Below are positions 18,748 to 27,671 of a DNA stretch of 64,000 nt, in pieces (the first letter of the stretch is position 1; every line of letters begins with the position of its first letter). Location of the stretch: the IMG/VR virus record IMGVR_UViG_3300023110_000026; one strand, written 5' to 3'. Under the pieces are notes generated by a model that was given only the letters and a program-made list of their open reading frames with translations, did not search any database and was not told the DNA's origin. Source of the stretch: an uncultured virus (IMG/VR IMGVR_UViG_3300023110_000026). Lineage: Duplodnaviria > Heunggongvirae > Uroviricota > Caudoviricetes. The translations under genes were made by a program, and so were the position numbers.

Positions 18748-19374
18748 TTAACCAGTTGCTAAAGTTCTAATTGTTCTGCCAATTGCGCCGCCTAAGCCGC
18801 TTGGTTGACCAGCACCATTAGTTTGGATAGCATTATCATACTGAATCTGTAGTTGAATATCAACTGGATTTGAATCACTGTATGCTAATTGGTTGTAGTT
18901 AATGTCTTGTACAAAGCAACCTACTAACTCGAAGGTTTCTAATACGCTAGGAGCATTCGCGCCATTACCACCATCAAGTATTTCGATTCTACCTTTAAAT
19001 TTGTAATCAACACCACTTGCCGCACTTGACTGTTCGAAGAAGTCGAACTGCTTCTGTAGTTGCTCACCACACAGTTTGTTAACTGAGTTGTTCACATCGT
19101 CACGTAGTGTAATTGTAATTGGTTGCCATGTATGTTTACCTGCGTAAAACACTTTTGAGTTGTATACGTCAATTGCAACAGACTCAAAGTTTACGTTAGG
19201 TCTTGTGACATCAATTACCTGCTTTGTTAATTCTACTGTTGGACTTCCAGCACCAAAGTTTTCAAGTGATACTCTAAAGCGATACTTTAGTTTTGGCATC
19301 AACAAGCCTTGTGTACTTGCTGATTGGTCACTTGCTAATGGAACTGTAAATCTACTTAAACTTGAAATTGCCAT
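18748..19374 (-). CDS. Tail tube protein (gp19-like)
   Basis: KYRFRV, VTRPNV, YAGKHTWQPITITLRDD, LVGCF..IQYD; directly after sheath; SD AAGGAG; TAAATA at 19397..19402. Confidence 0.88.
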   Translation of the reverse strand: MAISSLSRFTVPLASDQSASTQGLLMPKLKYRFRVSLENFGAGSPTVELTKQVIDVTRPNVNFESVAIDVYNSKVFYAGKHTWQPITITLRDDVNNSVNKLCGEQLQKQFDFFEQSSAASGVDYKFKGRIEILDGGNGANAPSVLETFELVGCFVQDINYNQLAYSDSNPVDIQLQIQYDNAIQTNGAGQPSGLGGAIGRTIRTLATG

Positions 19375-19408
19375 TATCTTGCTCCTTTTACAGTTTTATT
19401 TATCTTCA

Positions 19409-22400
19409 TTATTGAGCCCCCAAAGTTGCAATTTCACCTGTGTTCTTAAGTCTTAGTGGAATGTAAATAAACTCCACAGCCTTAACTGGTTCAATCGCTA
19501 CATCTAAGTATAACTCGTTTCTATCAATTCTTGATGGAGTGTTGTTTGTTTCATCACAAACAACTAAGAAGTCATACAGTGCTCTTTGACCTACTAGTTC
19601 AAGTAATAAACTTTCAGCCGCTTGTTTGATCTCATCACGTGTAATTTTATCGTTTGGTTCAAACAAGAACGGTTTAGCAAGTAGATTTAATTGACGTCTT
19701 AAATATGCAGTTAAACGTGCTACGTTAATTCTATCTAACGCACTTGCATTTCTCGCTCTAGTCACCTGACCAAAGTTAACAATACCACTTCCTGTGATAA
19801 ACGTAATTGGATTCATTTTAGCACTTTGCATTGTATCTCTAACACCGTCGTTTAGTGATACTGGAGTAAACTCGCTTTCGCTGTTAATGTATCCAACACT
19901 TGATGCATTGCTAATACCACCGCGTCTTGTTCCTGCTGGTGCAAACCATGGGAACGATACCTGATCGCTAAGTGCAATAGTACGTAGCATCATGTGACTT
20001 GGTGGAACAACAATGTTGTTTCCATTTAGGTCTGTTGTGAATCCTGATGGATAAAATGTTGCCATATATTCATCGAATGTTAAGAACCCGTCTTCACCGT
20101 CTGCTAGTGCGTTTGCTGAGTTATTACCCCATGCTTGTAATTCTGTTGCACTTGCTTTCAATCTAAACGGAGTATCTGCTACTACAAAGCCTGTGATACC
20201 TCTGTCAATGTTTAGTGATACTAGATTGCTTGTTAACTCTGGATAACCAGGAGCCGATAGCAATGTGTATGCTCTAGTTTCTTCATCTCTAATATCGTCA
20301 TTAGTATCAACAATAGACTTCATTGCCGCGACCACTGTCTTACGTTGTGCTTTTCTACCAAATAAGCCTGAACCATCTTCAGCAGTTGTGTTCCAGCCTA
20401 CCCATCTATTAACTTTATAAGATGCCATTGACTCTTCAGATCCACCATTAAATGTTGAACCTGTACCTTCAAATCTCTTATTCTTACCAGAGTTTTCATT
20501 GATGTCAATGTGTGTAGTTCTAAAGATTTTAACGTTATTTCCAGAACGTCTTGTGTTCCATAGCAACATACCTCTTGGGTAAAGTGCTGGGTCTGGAGCA
20601 TCAGGATCTAAGTAATCTGAAGTTAACATATCTGTAATGTCTGCTTTAGTATCACCTGTTGCACCTGTTTTACCAAAACGTGCATCTGCAAATAAAATAC
20701 CATCTTCTGATGTTTGATCAGTTGTGTCAACTGCCACCCATTCTAGATTTAAGCCATCGTACTTGTAAATTTTCTGACCATATGTTTCAGTATCGCCTGT
20801 GTCAATCCAAAGATCACCGTTTACTAATGAAGTACCATCACTTTGTTGTGTTGGCTCAGTAGCACTAATGATTGGACCTTCAGGATCTGATTCACTGTAA
20901 ACATTAATGTAGCCTCTCCAAGTTGTTCCATTGTGTACCATAATGTCAACTTCATCTAAGTTTGTGTTGTACCATAATGTACCATCTTCTGGATCACTTG
21001 TTGGAGCACCAGCACTTGCTTCATATGATAATGGTTTCCAGTTAGAAATTACAAAATCATCTGAACTTTCAGAGCCAGCGTCGTAAACATTATCTAGTGA
21101 AGAACTAACACCAATCTGTGCAAGTGGTGTACCGCTACCATCTTTTAGTCTAATTTCTCCGCCTAGTGTATGTGAAATTTTAGCCTTACCATCTGCTGTC
21201 ACAGTAGCAGTCACGTTAGTTAAACCTGCTGAACTAATTGCTTCAACAAATGAATCAATATCTGTTCCTGTGAAACTTACACCTGAACTTGTAAATGTGT
21301 CCGAGTTTGCAGTTGTTTCGCTAATTGTAAATGTTTTAGTACCTGCACCAATAGTTGGATTAGCAGTTCCTGTTGTTGCACTTGTAGGACTAGGAACTAG
21401 TCTTCTGTACAATTTAAAGTCTGCTAAAGGTTTAGTATCTTCTGTTGTGTTCGCTAAAACAAAAACTGTTCCTGTTGGAATATTTTGACCACCTTCTGAA
21501 TCAAGTGCTTTAATTGCTTCTGCTCTTGTGTTATAGATTGGTGCTTCAACAGTTGAGAACAAACCAGTTCCTGAACTGTATAATTTAACTTTCCAACTTG
21601 CACCTACGTTAGGCTCAGTTGTTTTAATGTAAAGTGAACCTGTAGGTCTTAAACCACTGTATGAAGAACCTGCAATTTCAACTCTGTCAGTTGCTCTCCA
21701 TAATGGAACTGAACTGTGTGCTGAAATTTGTACTTCAGGTGAGTGATAATAACCAGCATCAATACCTAAGTCAGTTAAAATTGTGCCTGACCCCTCTTCA
21801 ATTAAAATTGCACCGTCAGTTGTTGTACCGTCTGTGCTTGAAGTTCCGTCTGAGTAGATTTTAACTCTATCATTAGAATCAAGTTTAGCACCAACACCTG
21901 GAATACTAGCATCATTAATTGCTTGTACAAATGTTGCTGGTGTTGCACCTGCATTGTTAACTTGTGTATTGTTAATAATAACGTTTGTGCTACCTAATGC
22001 ACTTGGTGTTAGTGTAGCAGTAATTGTTGGCCAACTTGTTTTCCAAGTTGTTGAAGTCCAAGTTGTTGCAGTATCAAAACCAACAGCATCAAATGCTGAT
22101 TCATCGTATGTTCCTGCTTGTACCCAAACATTGTCCTCATTTTTGTACCAAATTTTATTTTCTGTGTTCCATACAACAACAGCATAATCACCAATAGCAC
22201 CTACGCTACCTTTAATGCCTGTGTATGTTGCTCCGCTTACACCTGTTAGATCTGATGAAGAACTAATAACAGTTGGTGTTTTGTTAGCAAAAGTTTGTGT
22301 TGAACCATTCCACTGGAAAAGTCCGTATAATGTATCGTCTGTGTCAAACCAGTATGTACCGTCTGCTGGTGCACCTGCAGGAGCATCTGTATCTCCTTCT

Positions 22401-22756
22401 AGTTGACCTAGGTCTACATCCGCTCTTACTACATACGCTCTGTTAGCCACTCCAAGATATGAATAAGCCGCTTGTAAACCATACTCGTTTAATTCATTTC
22501 CGTGTAGTGGGTTATTAGATGAGTCTGTGTAGAAAGTCGGATTACCAAAAGTTTCTGTCAACTCTCTTTGACTTGTAATTAGGTATACTTTGTTCTTGTT
22601 GGCCGCAGTAGTGCCTGCCGCAGTTCCTGTTCCTGTGCCAGATGGTTTGCTTTCAGCAGTTGCGACAACAATTAAAGGTGTTGTTGCACCGGCGGCAGGG
22701 GTATAGAAACTTTCGTCAATTACACTTACTTCAACGCCTGGTGATGATAGTGCCAT
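19409..22756 (-). CDS. Tail sheath protein (gp18-like), enlarged to 1115 aa
   Basis: N-terminal SPGVEVSVIDES; C-terminal VVPPS, PWFAPAG.RRG, SALDRINVARL, FEPND..TR, DETNNTP..ID, IEPVKAVEFI. Confidence 0.95.
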   Translation of the reverse strand: MALSSPGVEVSVIDESFYTPAAGATTPLIVVATAESKPSGTGTGTAAGTTAANKNKVYLITSQRELTETFGNPTFYTDSSNNPLHGNELNEYGLQAAYSYLGVANRAYVVRADVDLGQLEGDTDAPAGAPADGTYWFDTDDTLYGLFQWNGSTQTFANKTPTVISSSSDLTGVSGATYTGIKGSVGAIGDYAVVVWNTENKIWYKNEDNVWVQAGTYDESAFDAVGFDTATTWTSTTWKTSWPTITATLTPSALGSTNVIINNTQVNNAGATPATFVQAINDASIPGVGAKLDSNDRVKIYSDGTSSTDGTTTDGAILIEEGSGTILTDLGIDAGYYHSPEVQISAHSSVPLWRATDRVEIAGSSYSGLRPTGSLYIKTTEPNVGASWKVKLYSSGTGLFSTVEAPIYNTRAEAIKALDSEGGQNIPTGTVFVLANTTEDTKPLADFKLYRRLVPSPTSATTGTANPTIGAGTKTFTISETTANSDTFTSSGVSFTGTDIDSFVEAISSAGLTNVTATVTADGKAKISHTLGGEIRLKDGSGTPLAQIGVSSSLDNVYDAGSESSDDFVISNWKPLSYEASAGAPTSDPEDGTLWYNTNLDEVDIMVHNGTTWRGYINVYSESDPEGPIISATEPTQQSDGTSLVNGDLWIDTGDTETYGQKIYKYDGLNLEWVAVDTTDQTSEDGILFADARFGKTGATGDTKADITDMLTSDYLDPDAPDPALYPRGMLLWNTRRSGNNVKIFRTTHIDINENSGKNKRFEGTGSTFNGGSEESMASYKVNRWVGWNTTAEDGSGLFGRKAQRKTVVAAMKSIVDTNDDIRDEETRAYTLLSAPGYPELTSNLVSLNIDRGITGFVVADTPFRLKASATELQAWGNNSANALADGEDGFLTFDEYMATFYPSGFTTDLNGNNIVVPPSHMMLRTIALSDQVSFPWFAPAGTRRGGISNASSVGYINSESEFTPVSLNDGVRDTMQSAKMNPITFITGSGIVNFGQVTRARNASALDRINVARLTAYLRRQLNLLAKPFLFEPNDKITRDEIKQAAESLLLELVGQRALYDFLVVCDETNNTPSRIDRNELYLDVAIEPVKAVEFIYIPLRLKNTGEIATLGAQ

Positions 22757-22796
22757 GTTCTATTCTCCTTGTATGGTTTAATTCTATATCTAAATG

Positions 22797-22802
22797 TATT
22801 TA
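22797..22802 (-). promoter_or_regulatory. Late promoter TAAATA of sheath gene (leadered, SD AAGGAG)
   Basis: TAAATA 40 nt upstream of ATG 22756. Confidence 0.65.
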
Positions 22803-22862
22803 TGTATTTGTAGGAAAAAGTACGCTAATAATCACTATCAAAAGGGGTAAAAAAGGGCGTGT

Positions 22863-22868
22863 TAAATA
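22863..22868 (+). promoter_or_regulatory. Late promoter TAAATA, 5 nt before ATG 22874
   Basis: TAAATA-CAGTT-ATG. Confidence 0.65.
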
Positions 22869-22873
22869 CAGTT

Positions 22874-23212
22874 ATGAGTAGACCTTTATGTAAACAATGC
22901 CGGAAACGTCCTGTTGCTATTAACTACTACAAGGGCAAAAAAGCATACTATAGAAGCAAGTGTGACCACTGTGCTAGTGGTAGGGCATCAGGTATACCAC
23001 TTTGGAAACAAGCAGGGTATGAACAAAAAGAAAAATGTGATAAGTGCGGGTTTACTAGTAAGCACAAAGAACAGTTTAACGTGTATCATATAGATGGAAA
23101 CTTATCCAACTGTAGACACAGTAATTTAAAAACTATATGTGCTAATTGTCAAAGATTATTGCAAATGCAGGGTGCTATTTGGAAACAGGGAGACCTAACA
23201 CCTGATTTCTAA
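22874..23212 (+). CDS. Zn-finger HNH endonuclease-like protein (start re-called to ATG 22874)
   Basis: Four CxxC pairs; HIDGNLSNCRHSNLKTICANCQ. Confidence 0.75.
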   Translation: MSRPLCKQCRKRPVAINYYKGKKAYYRSKCDHCASGRASGIPLWKQAGYEQKEKCDKCGFTSKHKEQFNVYHIDGNLSNCRHSNLKTICANCQRLLQMQGAIWKQGDLTPDF

Positions 23213-23837
23213 CTTTGTTATGTAGGTCTTCAAGATCACCGTCGTTTTCAATAACATCGTCAACTTTTTCGCCTACCCAAGCATATTCGCTAATATGTAC
23301 ATCTGGGTGATGTTCTCGCATCTTGTCAACCCATACCATATTTTTAGTAGTTTCTGACATCTTGTTTGCTTCGTTTTGCTTTAATGCATCTTCAAACCAT
23401 TCAGGATCAGACCCACGTTTAACACGGAATACTTTACCACGCAAACGTTTGATCATTTTAATTTCGTTGGGAAAACGTACATCGCTAATAACAGCATCTT
23501 GCTTCATTTGTAATAGTTTGCTTTCTAAACTAGCAATCCATATGTCGTCATGAAATCCTTTACGTAGAACATCTGTACCCCAGTATTGTAATACCCAACG
23601 CGGAGTAAGTTTAGGCATATCTAGTTTTTCTGCCCACCATTCATCTACTTCTTCACGCCAAGCACGTGACTCTTCTGTATTACCTTCTAGTGCTTCGCGA
23701 TCCCAGCCAAATACTGCTGAAACAGCATCTTTAAGAGTAGTAGCAAAACTAACACGTTTAAACCCCCCGTCGCTGACTAGTGTATCAGCACAGGTATCTT
23801 TTCCAGACCCAATCAGGCCTACGAAACCAATAATCAT
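23175..23837 (-). CDS. Deoxynucleoside monophosphate kinase (gp1-like)
   Basis: GLIGSGKDT P-loop, TPRWVLQYWGTD, ISDVRFPNE, HISE. Confidence 0.92.
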   Translation of the reverse strand: MIIGFVGLIGSGKDTCADTLVSDGGFKRVSFATTLKDAVSAVFGWDREALEGNTEESRAWREEVDEWWAEKLDMPKLTPRWVLQYWGTDVLRKGFHDDIWIASLESKLLQMKQDAVISDVRFPNEIKMIKRLRGKVFRVKRGSDPEWFEDALKQNEANKMSETTKNMVWVDKMREHHPDVHISEYAWVGEKVDDVIENDGDLEDLHNKVRNQVLGLPVSK

Positions 23838-23867
23838 AGTAAGTTTATGTATCCCATGTAAAAGTTT

Positions 23868-23896
23868 ATTATATGCTGTTAGAATGAAAAAGTCAA
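23868..23896 (-). promoter_or_regulatory. Sigma70-type promoter TTGACT-N17-TATAAT for dNMP kinase
   Basis: Minus strand TTGACT TTTTCATTCTAACAGCA TATAAT. Confidence 0.8.
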
Positions 23897-23902
23897 GTAC
23901 TT

Positions 23903-24664
23903 TTAGCCAATTATGAACGATAATGGTGTAGAACCATCAACATAATTTGCCAAATCTTGCTCTAATTTTTCAATATCACCTTGTGCATCTGCTTTAAGGG
24001 CATCACCATTTAAACTAGTGCCGCCTTGAGGAGTTGCGATTGTTGCAAATTTACCACGTGCTTCACCAATCATATATTTGCAAGTTGCTAGAGTATAATC
24101 TTTTAACCATTGTCCTGCATAGGGATCACCTAGTAGAACAAAATCTGGTCTTTTATTATACACTGCTAACATCACAGACTCAGCACCCCGTGGTCTTTGC
24201 ATAATTGTTAGTTTGTGGTTTACAGGATCAAATTTAAAGTTAATGAATGAGCCAAACATTTTACCTACAAGTTCTTGATAACCAGCAAAAGCAAAGTATG
24301 TTGCTAGTCCTCCCATTTGTGTTGAACTTAATAGATAGGTATTTGTGTATGCAAGGTTAAATGGTTCAAATACAGTACCACCTTGTCCGCCACCGCTTCT
24401 TGATCCAATACTTCTGCGGAATACTTCTTTTACACTTTGAATCTCATCAGGTAAAATATAGTCATTTGTATCTTCCTGAAGTTCTAAAAATGCGTATGAT
24501 TCTTCTACAGAATTCTCTGCTCTTTGTCTATATTTGCCTAATGCTTTTTCTAATGCAACTTCATAGTGATCAACGTCAAGTTCAACATCAATCATGCCAT
24601 CACCTAGCATTTTGCCAACATAGTTAAAAAGTTTTGCTTTTGCGGTATCTAATTGTGTGCTCAT
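23903..24664 (-). CDS. Neck protein (gp13-like)
   Basis: LGDGMIDVEL, WLKDYTLA..K..IGEARGKF, GGTSLNGD and terminal P.SFIIG. Confidence 0.85.
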   Translation of the reverse strand: MSTQLDTAKAKLFNYVGKMLGDGMIDVELDVDHYEVALEKALGKYRQRAENSVEESYAFLELQEDTNDYILPDEIQSVKEVFRRSIGSRSGGGQGGTVFEPFNLAYTNTYLLSSTQMGGLATYFAFAGYQELVGKMFGSFINFKFDPVNHKLTIMQRPRGAESVMLAVYNKRPDFVLLGDPYAGQWLKDYTLATCKYMIGEARGKFATIATPQGGTSLNGDALKADAQGDIEKLEQDLANYVDGSTPLSFIIG

Positions 24665-24669
24665 GTAAT

Positions 24670-24698
24670 TATTTATTCGATCGCACTTCCAATAAATA
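24670..24698. promoter_or_regulatory. Back-to-back late promoters for gp13 (minus, 24670..24675) and gp14 (plus, 24693..24698)
   Basis: TAAATA-ATTAC-ATG on minus; TAAATA-CATTTGTT-ATG on plus. Confidence 0.7.
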
Positions 24699-24706
24699 CA
24701 TTTGTT

Positions 24707-25822
24707 ATGCCAAGATTGAGTTTATACAAACCAGAGAAATCCGCTGACTATCGCTTTATAGATAAGAACATATATGAAGCATTTCAGATCGGCGGTACAG
24801 ACATATTTGTACACAAATACGAAGGCCCTGTTGAGCCAGGCGTAGGTACACCTGCAGAACCAAAAGGTGTTAGTGATATACCTGAAACAAAAATACAAGA
24901 TTTGCTATTTTTAGAAAATAGAGATAGAAAATATTCCGACGATGTATATACACTTCGTGGAATTTACAATGTGCAAGATTTAGACTTTGATTTATCACAG
25001 TTTGGTTTATTTTTACAAAACGATACTGTGTTTATTACATTTCACTTAAACAAGAGTGTTGAAGCAATTGGTAGAAAACTAATGAGTGGCGATGTTTTAG
25101 AATTGCCTCACTTAGTAGATGATTACGCATTAAACGATTTTCAAGTATCACTAAAACGCTTTTATGTTATTGAAGATATAAGTCGTCCAAGTGAAGGATT
25201 TTCACAAACTTGGTATCCACATTTATTACGTGCAAAATGTAAACCTATTATGGATAGTCAAGAATTTAAAGATATTTTTGACAAAGAATCAGGTGAAGAA
25301 GGTAAGACATTACGTGATGTGCTTTCAACATACGAAAAAGAAATGCAAATCAACGAACAAGTTATTGCACAAGCAGAAGCAGACGCACCAAAAACAGGAT
25401 ACGATACAGAAGAATTTTTTGTTGTTCCAACTGATGATGCAGGTGATGTAAATATTAAAGATGACGGAGTAAACACTCCTACACTACAAACACCGGGCGG
25501 AAATTATTATATTGCATATGGTGGCGGCGATGGTTTACCTGCTAATGGTTCACCATATACATTTGGTACTTCATATCCAAATAGTCCTGCTAAAGGTGCA
25601 TACCATTTAAGAACAGATTACTATCCTAATAGACTGTTTAGATATGATGGCAATCATTGGATTAAAGTTGAAGATGGAGCAAGAATGAGCCTTACAAATA
25701 CAGTTCAAAACAGTTATGTCACTGACTTTGTTAATGAAGATGCAACTAGAACTGAAGATGGACAAACAAAAAATGTACGTACTGCATTAAGTGAAGCACT
25801 TAAACCGGAGGCAGATAATTAA
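24707..25822 (+). CDS. Neck/head-closure protein (gp14-like) with C-terminal extension (start re-called to ATG 24707)
   Basis: DLLFLENRDRKY, DLSQFGLF, GDVLELP; lies between gp13 and gp15. Confidence 0.7.
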   Translation: MPRLSLYKPEKSADYRFIDKNIYEAFQIGGTDIFVHKYEGPVEPGVGTPAEPKGVSDIPETKIQDLLFLENRDRKYSDDVYTLRGIYNVQDLDFDLSQFGLFLQNDTVFITFHLNKSVEAIGRKLMSGDVLELPHLVDDYALNDFQVSLKRFYVIEDISRPSEGFSQTWYPHLLRAKCKPIMDSQEFKDIFDKESGEEGKTLRDVLSTYEKEMQINEQVIAQAEADAPKTGYDTEEFFVVPTDDAGDVNIKDDGVNTPTLQTPGGNYYIAYGGGDGLPANGSPYTFGTSYPNSPAKGAYHLRTDYYPNRLFRYDGNHWIKVEDGARMSLTNTVQNSYVTDFVNEDATRTEDGQTKNVRTALSEALKPEADN

Positions 25823-27243
25823 TGGATCATTTTTATGACGGACAAATAAGAAGATTTGTCACACAGTTTATTCGTGCTTTTTCAAATTTTTCTTATAAAG
25901 ACAATGCTGGTACATTGCGTAAAGTTCCTGCTACATACGGAAACTTAACACGTCAAGTAGCACACATTATTCGTGACAATAGTGAAAACAAAGTTATTAG
26001 TGCACCTCGTATTGCTTGTTATATCACAGGATTAGAGTATGCACGTGAGCGTGTACAAAGTCCGACACACGTTGATAAATTACATTTTAGAAAACGTGAT
26101 TATAACGAAGCAACACAGCAATACGAAGATGTTCAAGGGGTTGGTAATACTGTTGAACGTTTGATGCCTGTACCATTTACACTAAGAATGAAGGCAGATA
26201 TTTGGTCAACTAATACAGATCAAAAATTACAAATTATGGAACAAATACTTGTTCTATATAACCCTGCACTAGAAATACAAACAACAAACAACTATGTTGA
26301 TTGGACTTCACTTAGTTTAATTGAACTAGCAAGTGTAAACTATTCAACTAGAAGTATTCCGCAAGGAACTGAAACAGAAATTGATATAGGTGAAATGGAA
26401 TTTACAATGCCTATATGGATTACACCTCCTGCTAAAGTTAAAAAACTTGGAGTCATTGAAAAAATTATTATGAATATTTTTGATGAGTCAGGAAGTATTA
26501 GTGACGGCTTTATTGATGCAACTATTCCAATGGCAACAGTTGTTAAATCTCCAGGCGATTTTAAATTACTTGTATTAAACAATACTGCTAAACTACTGCA
26601 TACCGGAGAAGGTGTTTCAGAATCAAATACAGGTATCTTTACTAGAACAGGCGATCCTATTAGTTGGTTTAAACTATTAGATCAATATCCAGGGAAATTC
26701 ACTGCCGGTACTAGTAGTATTAGATTACTAAAGAGCGATGGTAATGAAGTTGTTGCTACAATTAGTTTAAACCCTACAGATGACAACGAAATGGTTCTTT
26801 CAATTGATAGTGATACTGTTCCAGAAAACACAGTATTAGCAGACAGTGTTAATAGTAGAGGAACAATAGATGCTATTATTGATCCTACAAAATATGCCCC
26901 AGACTACTCTACAATAAGTGCTGGAACAAGATATCTAATACTAAATCCAATTAATCCAAATGTAAAAGGTGATAGTTCTGACGCAAATGCAAATGCCTGG
27001 CAAAATGCTGATGGTTCTGTATTTAAAGCAGAAGAAAATGACATTATAGTTTGGACTGGAACACAATGGGAAATTGTGTTAGACGCAAGTGGCACAAATA
27101 GCGGAGCCGATTCTGCTTCCTCACCAGACCCAGTGTATATAACTAATACATATACTGGTATTCAGTACAAGTTAGATAATGGTGCTTGGCTGAAGAGTTT
27201 TGAAGGTGAATATGAGGCAGATGAATGGAGACTAGTTCTGTAA
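25822..27243 (+). CDS. Tail terminator/sheath stabiliser (gp15-like) with C-terminal extension
   Basis: HFYDGQIRRF...FSN, VP.TYG, PRI, MPVPF, QIMEQIL..YNP. Confidence 0.85.
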   Translation: MDHFYDGQIRRFVTQFIRAFSNFSYKDNAGTLRKVPATYGNLTRQVAHIIRDNSENKVISAPRIACYITGLEYARERVQSPTHVDKLHFRKRDYNEATQQYEDVQGVGNTVERLMPVPFTLRMKADIWSTNTDQKLQIMEQILVLYNPALEIQTTNNYVDWTSLSLIELASVNYSTRSIPQGTETEIDIGEMEFTMPIWITPPAKVKKLGVIEKIIMNIFDESGSISDGFIDATIPMATVVKSPGDFKLLVLNNTAKLLHTGEGVSESNTGIFTRTGDPISWFKLLDQYPGKFTAGTSSIRLLKSDGNEVVATISLNPTDDNEMVLSIDSDTVPENTVLADSVNSRGTIDAIIDPTKYAPDYSTISAGTRYLILNPINPNVKGDSSDANANAWQNADGSVFKAEENDIIVWTGTQWEIVLDASGTNSGADSASSPDPVYITNTYTGIQYKLDNGAWLKSFEGEYEADEWRLVL

Positions 27244-27671
27244 AAGATATAATTTGTAGTGGTGCATTGTTTTATGCAAAGGACACCAGTCGCTTTTTAT
27301 TCCTACAAAGAACAAAACATAAAACAGCAGGCCAATGGGGTCTTGTTGGTGGCATGAGTGAAGAAGGCGAAACGCCTTGGAAAGCACTTGAAAGAGAAAT
27401 CTTAGAGGAAGTTGGCAAAACTCCAAAATTTGAAAAAATTATTCCTTTAGAATTATATACTTCAAAAGACGAAAAGTTCTTTTTTCACACTTATATTGTT
27501 GTAGTAGAAAAAGAGTTTATTCCTACATTAAACAACGAGCATTCAGGATATGCATGGACATATGCTAAAGATTATCCAAAACCTTTACACGTTGGCTTAC
27601 GTAATACACTTCAAAGCAAAGTAAATCAAACAAAAATTGAAACAATAGTTGAAGTAGTTAAAAGTTTATGA
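27225..27671 (+). CDS. NUDIX hydrolase
   Basis: Nudix box GGMSEEGETPWKALEREILEEVG. Confidence 0.9.
   Translation: METSSVKDIICSGALFYAKDTSRFLFLQRTKHKTAGQWGLVGGMSEEGETPWKALEREILEEVGKTPKFEKIIPLELYTSKDEKFFFHTYIVVVEKEFIPTLNNEHSGYAWTYAKDYPKPLHVGLRNTLQSKVNQTKIETIVEVVKSL

Noticed and set aside
17542..27243. Tailocin or contractile injection system
   Set aside because: Terminase, gp4, neck proteins and replication/recombination genes indicate a complete phage
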